A stretch of DNA of 15,098 nt from an uncultured delta proteobacterium (GTDB taxonomy: Bacteria > Myxococcota_A > Polyangia > Polyangiales > B10-G4): assembly GCA_963727445.1 (NCBI GenBank), contig CAVSGI010000026.1, positions 1 to 15,098 of the forward strand. Direction: 5' to 3'. Under the pieces are notes generated by a model that worked only from the letters and a program-made list of their open reading frames with translations, was not told where the DNA came from and searched no databases. Below, piece by piece: positions 1 to 6,801 of this stretch. Numbering within the stretch: position 1 is the first letter of the stretch; each line of letters starts with the position of its first letter. The translations under genes were made by a program, and so were the position numbers.

Positions 1-2872
1 CAGGGGCGCTGGGACGACCTGGCCGGGCTCCTCGCGCTCAAGGTGGAGGCGGCCCACGACCCCCTCGAGCGTCGCGACCAGCTCCGGCGTCTGGCGCAGG
101 TCCACGAAGAAGGCCGCGACGACAAGGACGCGGCGTTCGAAGCGCTCTCGCGCGCGCTCGCCGAGGAATCCCACGGATCTCGAGACCGCCGATCAGCTCG
201 AGCGGATCGCAGCCGGCACCTCCGGGCACGGCAAGGTCGCCGACGTCTTCGAGACGCGAGCAGCGGCGGTCCTCGACCCGACCGGTGCGCGCGCTCTGTA
301 CACCCGCCTGGCGCGCATCGCCGAAGAGGACCTCTCCGACGACCGCCGCGCCATCTCCGCCTACGTGCGGGCGGCGGAGCAGGTGGGCGACGACGACGAG
401 CTCCTGTCGGCGCTCGACCGCCTCTACGCCAAGACCGAATCCTTCACCGAGCTCGCCGACGTCCTCGAGCGCCGCGTGAACTTCTCCACCGACCCGGTGG
501 AGCGCAGCGCCTTCCTCGTCCGCCTGGGCGCGATCCGCGAGCAGCACTTCGGCGACATGCGCGGCGCGTTCAACGCCTACCAGGAAGTGCTCGAGCGGGA
601 GCCCAGCGATCCGGTGGCGCTCCAGTCCATGGAGCGGCTCGCCGAAGACGAGTCTCTCGCGCTCGACGTGGTCGAGACCCTCGACTCGGTGTACCGCCAG
701 ACGGGGGCCACCGAGAAGATGGTCGGCCTCTACGACGCCCGGATTCGCCTCGCCGACTCCGACGGTGAGCGCGTGCGGCTCCTGATCGAGGCCGCGAACA
801 CCTACGAGAACGAGCTGGGCCAGGTGGACGAAGCCCTCGAGCGCATCCGGCGCGCCTTCGAGCTCGACCCGCGGGACCAGTCGCTGCTCGACGACCTCGA
901 GCGCCTGGCCGGCGCTGCCGGAGGCTGGGAGACGCTGCGCGGGGTGGTGGAGCGCGTCGGCGAGTCCGGCGACGTCGAGAACCTGATCCTCAAGGACCTC
1001 AACCTCCGCGCAGCCACCTGGTACGCCGAGCATCTCGACGACCTCGAGGCCGCCGAGTCGTGCCTGCGCGCCGCCATCGCCGCCGACCCCGAGGGCCGCG
1101 ACGCGTACGAACGTCTCACCGGACTTCTCCGTGGCGGCGGTCGCGAGGCCGACCTGGTGACCCTGCTCTCCCAGTGGGCGCGCGTGGAGCTCGACGAGGT
1201 GCTGAAGAAGGAGCGCTACGCCGAAGCCGCGCAACTGGCCGAGGGAGCCCTGGGCGACCCAGCCAAGGCCGCCGAGTGCTACGAGGCGATCCTCGCCATC
1301 GACTCGAGCGATCAGGCCAGCCTCGCCGAGCTCACGCGCCTGCGCACCGCCGAAGAGCGATGGGACGACGTGGTGCAGCTCATCAGCCGGCGCATCGACG
1401 TGGAGGCGGATCCACAGACGCGCCTCGGGCTCCGTCACCAGCTCGCGGGCGTCTACGCTGCCCACCTGAATTCGCCCTCCGACGCCATCGATGCCTATCG
1501 CGGCGTTCTCGACGAGGATCCGACGGACCTCGAAGCGATCGGTGAGCTCGAGCGGCTCTACGAGTCCGAGGAGCGCTGGGAGGACCTCTCCGATCTTCTC
1601 GAGCGCCGCCTCGACATCGCCGAGACCCAGGACGATCAAATCGCCGCGCGCGTGCGGCTCGCGCGTCTGTCGGAGCAGCGCTTCGGTCGGCGCGAGCAGG
1701 CGATGGAGCAGCTTCGCTCCATCCTGGAGATCCAGCCCGACAACGGCGACGCGCTGGACGAGCTCGAGCGACTCCTCGGTCTCGACGAGAAGTGGGACGA
1801 GCTGGTGGAGCTGCTGGAGCGGCGGGTCTCCGACGCGGCGGCCGCCGGACAGACCGACGTCGAGGTGGACATCCTGATCCGCCTGGCCGCCGTCCAGGAG
1901 GATCAGCTCCACGAGCCGCAGAAGGCCATCGATACCCATCACCGGGTGCTCGACAAGAACCCGAACGACGACGGCGCGCTGCGCGCGCTCCTCGCGCTCT
2001 ACGAGAAGGGTGGCGACTGGGGCGAGGTGGCGAACATCCTCGATCAGCTCGTCGGCGTCACCGAAGGCGAAGAAGCGATCGAGCTGGCGCATCGTCTCGC
2101 CGACGTCGCGAGCGAGCACCTCTCGGACGTCGACCGCACGGAGGCGGCGCTCCGGCGCGCCTACGATCTCGACCCGACGCGCGAGGAGAGCCGGAAGCGT
2201 CTCAGCGACCACTACGAGTCTCAGGAGAAGTGGGCGGAGCTGGCCTCGATCCTCGCCGACGAGGAGAGCCGCGCCAGCGACAGCGCCGAGAAGGTCTCGC
2301 TCCTCAAGCGCATCGCGTCGATCTACGAAGAGAAGCTGAACGACCCCGGGCAGGCCGCGGCCCACCTGGAGCGCGCCTCGGAGCTCACCCCCGAGGACCG
2401 CGAGGTTCTCCTTCCGCTCTGCGACCTCTACATCGCCGCCGGCCGGGCCTCGGACGCGATCCCGGTGCTCCGAAAGATCATCGACAGCTACGGCACCCGC
2501 CGCGTGAAGGAGGCGGCGCAGTTCCATCACCGCCTCGGCAAGGCCCTCGAAGGGATGGGCGACGAGGAGGGCGCGATGAACGCGTATGACAGCGCCTTCA
2601 AGATCGACCTCACCAACGTCGGCATCCTCCGAGACCTCGGCAAGCTCTGCCATCGCCGCGGCGACCACGACCGAGCGCAGAAGACCTTCAGGGCGCTGCT
2701 GCTGCAGAAGCTCGACGACACCGCCGGCATCACCAAGGCGGACGTGTACTTCTATCTCGGTGACATCAGCGCGAAGCAGGGCGACGCACGAAAGGCGAAG
2801 TCGATGCTTCAGCGCGCGCTCGCCGAGGACAAGGCGCACGCCGAGGCGCAGGCCCTTCTGGACTCGCTCTGA
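1..2872 (+). CDS. Giant acidic tetratricopeptide-repeat protein, 3' part (myxobacterial AgmK/GltI-like TPR type); 5' end lies upstream; apparent +1 frameshift at ~167-168
   Basis: Frame 1 from base 1 reads QGRWDDLAGLLALKVEAAHDPLERRDQLRRLAQVHEEGRDDKDAAFEALSRALAE. Removing one A from GAGGAATCCC (163-172) continues it as DPTDLETADQLERIAA... in the frame of the 835-aa ORF 365..2872. TPR-like helical pairs recur throughout (AIDAYRGVLDEDPTDLEAIGELERLYESEERWEDL, etc.). The family assignment is from resemblance only. Confidence 0.88.
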   Translation, partial: RGAGTTWPGSSRSRWRRPTTPSSVATSSGVWRRSTKKAATTRTRRSKRSRARSPRNPTDLETADQLERIAAGTSGHGKVADVFETRAAAVLDPTGARALYTRLARIAEEDLSDDRRAISAYVRAAEQVGDDDELLSALDRLYAKTESFTELADVLERRVNFSTDPVERSAFLVRLGAIREQHFGDMRGAFNAYQEVLEREPSDPVALQSMERLAEDESLALDVVETLDSVYRQTGATEKMVGLYDARIRLADSDGERVRLLIEAANTYENELGQVDEALERIRRAFELDPRDQSLLDDLERLAGAAGGWETLRGVVERVGESGDVENLILKDLNLRAATWYAEHLDDLEAAESCLRAAIAADPEGRDAYERLTGLLRGGGREADLVTLLSQWARVELDEVLKKERYAEAAQLAEGALGDPAKAAECYEAILAIDSSDQASLAELTRLRTAEERWDDVVQLISRRIDVEADPQTRLGLRHQLAGVYAAHLNSPSDAIDAYRGVLDEDPTDLEAIGELERLYESEERWEDLSDLLERRLDIAETQDDQIAARVRLARLSEQRFGRREQAMEQLRSILEIQPDNGDALDELERLLGLDEKWDELVELLERRVSDAAAAGQTDVEVDILIRLAAVQEDQLHEPQKAIDTHHRVLDKNPNDDGALRALLALYEKGGDWGEVANILDQLVGVTEGEEAIELAHRLADVASEHLSDVDRTEAALRRAYDLDPTREESRKRLSDHYESQEKWAELASILADEESRASDSAEKVSLLKRIASIYEEKLNDPGQAAAHLERASELTPEDREVLLPLCDLYIAAGRASDAIPVLRKIIDSYGTRRVKEAAQFHHRLGKALEGMGDEEGAMNAYDSAFKIDLTNVGILRDLGKLCHRRGDHDRAQKTFRALLLQKLDDTAGITKADVYFYLGDISAKQGDARKAKSMLQRALAEDKAHAEAQALLDSL

Positions 2873-2884
2873 GCGACGAGTCGG

Positions 2885-3763
2885 ATGTCCATCAAGGTCT
2901 GCATCGACGGCGAGGTCCGTGACGAGGCCGACGCGAAGGTCTCGGTGCTCGACCGCGGCTTTCTCTATGGTGACAGCGTCTTCGAGGTGATGCGCACCTA
3001 CGGTGGCGTGCCCTTCGCCGAAGACGAGCACCTTTCGCGTCTGCGGACGAGCGCAGACAAGATCTTCATCCCGATGACTTTCGACGATGCGCTGCTCCGC
3101 GAGGAGATCCGGCGCACCCTCGACGCGGCGCAAAACGACGAGTCCTACGTGCGGGTGATGGTCACCCGCGGCTCCGGGCCGCTCTCCTACGATCCAAATA
3201 CGGCGCGCAATCCGCTGAGGGTCATCATCGTCACCCCGCTCTCACCACCGCCCCAGACGGTCTACGACGAGGGGGTCGCGGTGGTCTGCGTGCGCCAGCC
3301 CCGCCCGACCGAGTCCGGCCCGGCGGCCGGCACCAAGGCCTCGAACTACCTGGCCAACCTCCTCGCCGCCCACGAAGCGCGGAGCAAGGGGGGCTACGAG
3401 GCGATCCTCCTCGGTGCCGACGGCTCGGTGCTCGAGGGGTCCACCAGCAACGTCTTCGTGGTGAAGGACGACCGGGTGAAGACCCCGCGCCTCGAGTCGG
3501 GGATCCTGGCGGGGATCACCCGGCGCGAGGTGATCGCCGCCGCCGCGGACGAGGGGCTGCGTCTCGAGGTCGGCGTGCTCTTCCCGCGGGACCTCTACGA
3601 TGCCGAGGAGGTCTTCATCACCTCCTCGATCCGCGAGGTGGTCCCGGTGGTGAAGGTCGACGACCGGCCGGTGGGCGAGGGGCACCCCGGGCCTGTCACG
3701 CGACGTCTTCACGCCGCTTTTCGCCGCCGGGTCCAGGCGAAGGTCGCGGCGACCGGGCGCTGA
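2885..3763 (+). CDS. PLP-dependent aminotransferase class IV (branched-chain / D-amino-acid aminotransferase / ADC-lyase fold)
   Basis: Motifs DRGFLYGDSVFE, EHLSRL, catalytic Lys in GTKASNY, EGSTSNVF, ILAGITR and EEVFITSS; starts 12 nt after the TPR stop. Confidence 0.93.
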   Translation: MSIKVCIDGEVRDEADAKVSVLDRGFLYGDSVFEVMRTYGGVPFAEDEHLSRLRTSADKIFIPMTFDDALLREEIRRTLDAAQNDESYVRVMVTRGSGPLSYDPNTARNPLRVIIVTPLSPPPQTVYDEGVAVVCVRQPRPTESGPAAGTKASNYLANLLAAHEARSKGGYEAILLGADGSVLEGSTSNVFVVKDDRVKTPRLESGILAGITRREVIAAAADEGLRLEVGVLFPRDLYDAEEVFITSSIREVVPVVKVDDRPVGEGHPGPVTRRLHAAFRRRVQAKVAATGR

Positions 3764-3899
3764 GCGACGGCCTCTGAGACGGATCGTTCACCGAAGCACG
3801 CCGAGTCGAGCACCGTGCTGCCCGTACGCGGGTCAGGAACTGGTTGAGGTTTGCGGGACTCGGTGGTTACGCTTGGTCGCATACGGAGGGACACAGAAC

Positions 3900-4385
3900 A
3901 TGCGAGGACTTCTCTTTTTGCTTCTCACGGCCGCACTGGCCATCGGCACGGGATGTGGTGATGACGGCGGGGGCGGCGGTGACACCGGCACCGCGGACAC
4001 CGGCACCACGGACACCGGCACTTCGGACACGGGCACCACGGACACGGGCACTTCGGACACGGGCACTTCGGACACGGGCACGATGAGTGACGGCGGTGGT
4101 GGTGACGGCGGCGGTGGTGACGGCGGCGGTGGTGACGGCGGTGGCGATGGCGGCAGCGCGTCGGCGGCGGCGACCGCCTATTGCACGGGATACGAGACGA
4201 CCTGCGGCTATTCGTCGTCGACTGACCGCTTCGCCGACGCGGCCGCCTGCACCTCGTACTACGACAGCGCGAGCATGGCGTGCACCACCTGCATGGCCGA
4301 GCACCTGGGTTATGCATCCATGGACGCCGACACGCACTGCCCGCACGCCACGGGCATGGGCCCCTGCGCCGGCGACTGCCCGTAG
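3900..4385 (+). CDS. Lipoprotein (161 aa) with DTGT/DGGG low-complexity linker and C-terminal 8-Cys/3-His domain
   Basis: SD-like GGAGGG at 3885-3890 and ATG at 3900; signal peptide with lipobox MRGLLFLLLTAALAIGTG-C; repeat linker; C-terminus ...CTTCMAEHLGYASMDADTHCPHATGMGPCAGDCP. Confidence 0.85.
   Translation: MRGLLFLLLTAALAIGTGCGDDGGGGGDTGTADTGTTDTGTSDTGTTDTGTSDTGTSDTGTMSDGGGGDGGGGDGGGGDGGGDGGSASAAATAYCTGYETTCGYSSSTDRFADAAACTSYYDSASMACTTCMAEHLGYASMDADTHCPHATGMGPCAGDCP
3981..4151 (+). repeat. Intragenic tandem repeats: 7 x 15 bp (DTGTx), then GACGGCGGYGGT-type units (DGGGG)
   Basis: GACACSGGCACNNNG units at 3981-4085 encode DTGTA/DTGTT/DTGTS/DTGTT/DTGTS/DTGTS/DTGTM; DGGGG units follow from 4089. 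Confidence 0.95.
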
Positions 4386-4522
4386 CACTGCTGAGACCCG
4401 ACCTCGAGGCGTCGTCAGGGCAGCTGGCGCCGTCTCGGGGATCGGGGGCCGACTTCGAGCGCGACGTGATTTCGGAGGGTTACAGCAGCCGCCGGCGGTA
4501 AATACCCGTATCGACAGGGCCT

Positions 4523-4551
4523 TTGACGCGGCGCCCTGCTTCGGCTACACC
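4523..4551 (+). promoter_or_regulatory. Putative sigma70-type promoter for the small basic protein
   Basis: TTGACG (4523-4528), 17-bp spacer, TACACC (4546-4551); SD GAGGAG at 4561-4566. The -10 lacks the consensus final T. Confidence 0.55.
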
Positions 4552-4573
4552 GCCTCCCCCGAGGAGAAGGAAG

Positions 4574-4732
4574 ATGTCGTCTCTCACCCAGAAGACCGAA
4601 CAGAACCGCCAGCGCAAGCACCGCAAGGCGGGCAAGATCAAGAAGCGCGCGCGCACCAAGGCCGGCACGCCGAAGTTCCCCATCCACCCGGAAGGGAAGA
4701 AGGCCGCCGCCAAGAAGAGCGCGACCGCCTGA
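4574..4732 (+). CDS. Small very basic protein (52 aa), function unknown
   Basis: Good SD and ATG at 4574; sequence MSSLTQKTEQNRQRKHRKAGKIKKRARTKAGTPKFPIHPEGKKAAAKKSATA has 12 K + 5 R versus 2 E; codons are strongly G/C-ending; it fills an otherwise empty gap. Confidence 0.8.
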   Translation: MSSLTQKTEQNRQRKHRKAGKIKKRARTKAGTPKFPIHPEGKKAAAKKSATA

Positions 4733-5695
4733 TCAAGGGCGCAAAGCTGCCAGAACGGGGCGCCCATCGATCCCCTCGGGCCTCGCGAGATGTAGCGCTT
4801 CGATGATCGTAGCCGCCGTGTCCCGGGTGTCGACGTGCTCGACGCGCGCGCCGCTGCGCGCGGCGCCGCCCCAGGCGATCCACGGGATGCGCATGTCGCT
4901 CTGGCGCTCGGAGCCGTGAGACCGCCCATGCCCGCCGTGATCGGCGGTGACGACGAGGAGCGTCCGGTCGAGGTCTCCGCGCATGCGCAGCGCCTGCACC
5001 AGCTCGCCGAGGCAGCGGTCGACCCGGTGCACGGCCTGGTGGTAACGCGGGCTCATCCAACCGTGGCGGTGCCCGGCGGCGTCCACGTCCGAGTAGTGGA
5101 CGAAGTGAACGCCCGCGCGGGCGGACGCGAGGTTGGGCACGGCGATCGCGTTCACCCGATGGCAGAAGATGCCGCCGATGCGAAAGAGCTCGGCGTCGCC
5201 TTCGTGAAGGATGTGCTCGAGCTTGCGCTTGCCCACCACCAGCGTGGTGCTCAGGCCGCGCGCACGCGCCAGGGAGAAGACCGAGGGCACACGGATGCGG
5301 CCGTTGTCCGGGCGGTAGGCGTTGAAGTCGAGACCGTGGCGGTCCACGTCGAAGCCGCTGAGCATGGCGGCGTGGGAGGGAAGGGTGGACGAGTGAGTGA
5401 TCGTCTGCGCCTGGCGCGCCACCGTTCCCTCGCGGGACAGATGCCTCAGGGTGCGTGTGCTGTGGTCGATGGCGTCGGGGCGGAGCCCGTCGATTGAGAC
5501 CACGATCACCCGGTCGGCGGCACGTGGGGGCGGTGGGGGCGGCCCCACGGGGAGGGCCAGCGGCCGTGGCGCGGCCAGCTTGGTCAGGGGCCGTGAGGTG
5601 TGACGTCGTCCAGAGCTCGGAGATGGGGAGAGGCAGGCGACCAGCGCGCCCAGCGCTGCGAAGGTAGAAACGACTCTGAGGTGCGCGCGCGGCAA
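4733..5695 (-). CDS. Alkaline phosphatase superfamily / nucleotide pyrophosphatase-phosphodiesterase-like enzyme, probable lipoprotein
   Basis: Motifs VIVVSIDGLRPD, Thr nucleophile in SSTLPSHAAMLSG, DVDAAGH, VTADHGG and SHG. A TTG start at 5695 gives signal/lipobox MPRAHLRVVSTFAALGALVA-C plus a Pro linker. The alternative ATG at 5722 overlaps the divergent gene, so the start is uncertain. Confidence 0.88.
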   Translation of the reverse strand: MPRAHLRVVSTFAALGALVACLSPSPSSGRRHTSRPLTKLAAPRPLALPVGPPPPPPRAADRVIVVSIDGLRPDAIDHSTRTLRHLSREGTVARQAQTITHSSTLPSHAAMLSGFDVDRHGLDFNAYRPDNGRIRVPSVFSLARARGLSTTLVVGKRKLEHILHEGDAELFRIGGIFCHRVNAIAVPNLASARAGVHFVHYSDVDAAGHRHGWMSPRYHQAVHRVDRCLGELVQALRMRGDLDRTLLVVTADHGGHGRSHGSERQSDMRIPWIAWGGAARSGARVEHVDTRDTAATIIEALHLARPEGIDGRPVLAALRP

Positions 5696-5720
5696 CTCTG
5701 AGATATTACCATCCCGCGCC
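5696..5720. promoter_or_regulatory. Putative overlapping bidirectional -10 elements in a 25-bp divergent gap
   Basis: Minus strand: TGG-TAATAT (5711-5703, extended -10 form) 7 nt before TTG 5695. Plus strand: TACCAT (5707-5712) 8 nt before ATG 5721. No SD on either side. Confidence 0.5.
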
Positions 5721-6263
5721 ATGGTGCGACTTCTTCCGCTCTTCCTCCTCGCCGCCAGCCTCTCGGCCTGCGGTCCCAGCGTCCCCGACCGGGGCGAGGC
5801 CCGCGCCTGGTTCGAGGCGGATGCCGCGAAGATACGGAGCTTCGACGAGCGGACGCGGCGGCACATCGGGGTCGAAGCGCTCCTGTCGCAGATTGAACAG
5901 GACGACCCTTCCTTCCTCGAGCGGGCGACCCTCCGTGAGCGTGCCCGGGCGACGTTCCGGGAGACCGGGCTTCCGGCCCTCGAGCAGGAGGCCGGCGCGC
6001 TCGGGGTCGAGATACGCCTGCTGGACGGCAGCACGGACACCGGCATCCTCGCCGGCGCAGGGGCGTCGGCACCGGCGCGCAAGGATGGGTCGGTCCTGCC
6101 CGAGGACGGGGAGGAGATTGACGAGTTCCACCTCGGCTGGGGCGTCTACACCGTCGACACCGACGAGGGCGGGACCCGCGAGGTGCCGGGCTACGAGGTC
6201 TACTGGGAGAAGGTGGTCGAAGGGCGAAACCTGAGCTTCCGCCTCTACATGCCCGGTCACTGA
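5721..6263 (+). CDS. Hypothetical lipoprotein (180 aa)
   Basis: Signal peptide and lipobox MVRLLPLFLLAASLSA-C; G/C-ending codon bias; no family recognised. Confidence 0.8.
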   Translation: MVRLLPLFLLAASLSACGPSVPDRGEARAWFEADAAKIRSFDERTRRHIGVEALLSQIEQDDPSFLERATLRERARATFRETGLPALEQEAGALGVEIRLLDGSTDTGILAGAGASAPARKDGSVLPEDGEEIDEFHLGWGVYTVDTDEGGTREVPGYEVYWEKVVEGRNLSFRLYMPGH

Positions 6264-6283
6264 GGCGATGCCCGGTCATTGAG
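6249..6283 (+). repeat. 16-bp direct repeat (15/16 identical) duplicating the 3' end of the lipoprotein gene
   Basis: ATGCCCGGTCACTGAG (6249-6264) and ATGCCCGGTCATTGAG (6268-6283). Confidence 0.85.
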
Positions 6284-6300
6284 CCCCGCCCGCACGGCTT

Positions 6301-6317
6301 CTTACACGACCCTTACA
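6301..6317 (+). promoter_or_regulatory. Putative OmpR/PhoB-family regulator binding site (CTTACA-N5-CTTACA)
   Basis: Perfect hexamer direct repeat with 11-bp period (6301-6306 and 6312-6317), about 45 nt upstream of the start of an operon that encodes an OmpR-family regulator. Confidence 0.65.
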
Positions 6318-6362
6318 ACGCCGCGCGCCCTCACACCTCAGGATGTTCCGAGAGGAGGTGTG

Positions 6363-6794
6363 ATGAGCGGAGGCGGCAGACTCTTCATCGGGATCGTGGT
6401 GGCGCTCCTCGGGTCGTGCGGCGGCACCGACGACCCGCCCCGCTTCGCCGGCGATTCGGACGCGCCGAGGCTCGCCGAGCTGATCCCCATCGAGGACGCG
6501 CGCCCGGCCCCCGCATCTCCGCCGAACGCACCCATGCCGCCGAGCGCGGCTCCGTGCGCCGAGGCGAAGCCTTCCCCCAGTGACCCCCACCGGCCGCGCG
6601 TGCGTGTACGGCGCCCACGCCGCCCGATCCGCGAGCCGTGGATCACGGGCGGGAGCGACTTTTCGCACCGGCCCATGACGGCGGCCCGCCGCGCCTCGCT
6701 CGGCAAGTTCCCGCCGCCGCTCCCGGACGACGTCCCGCTCCCGGCGCGGCCCCAACACCACGCACCCATTCTCCGTGCGGCGCCCCGTTGGTGA
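6363..6794 (+). CDS. Pro/Arg-rich predicted lipoprotein; true C-terminus uncertain (possible indels at ~6750-6767)
   Basis: SD AGGAGGT at 6353-6359, GTG/ATG at 6360/6363; MSGGGRLFIGIVVALLGS-C lipobox-like signal; low-complexity Pro-rich body containing PWITGGSDFSHRPMTAARRASLG. Confidence 0.7.
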   Translation: MSGGGRLFIGIVVALLGSCGGTDDPPRFAGDSDAPRLAELIPIEDARPAPASPPNAPMPPSAAPCAEAKPSPSDPHRPRVRVRRPRRPIREPWITGGSDFSHRPMTAARRASLGKFPPPLPDDVPLPARPQHHAPILRAAPRW

Positions 6795-6801
6795 TGACGC
6801 G

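Noticed and set aside
43..768. 241-aa plus-strand ORF as a separate gene
   Set aside because: Only the first ~42 codons are TPR-like; the rest is out-of-frame Arg/Gly/Ala-rich read-through after the frameshift at ~167.
38..3133. 1031-aa minus-strand ORF
   Set aside because: Antisense shadow of the TPR and aminotransferase genes. Strong codon bias in GC-rich DNA removes stops from the complementary frame, and the translation has no recognisable motifs.
3981..4151. Repeat array as CRISPR
   Set aside because: Contiguous 15-bp in-frame coding repeats with no unique spacers and no cas genes.
4281..4310. c-type cytochrome call for the Cys-rich lipoprotein
   Set aside because: The motif is CTTCM, not CxxCH; kept only as a speculative metal/heme site.
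4386..4522. Possible ncRNA or terminator in the intergenic region
   Set aside because: Only weak, imperfect complementarity, no U-tract, and no recognisable tRNA or riboswitch features.
5723..6082. N-terminal extension of the phosphatase ORF to 6082
   Set aside because: It overlaps the well-formed plus-strand lipoprotein gene, and the signal peptide lies just downstream of 5695.
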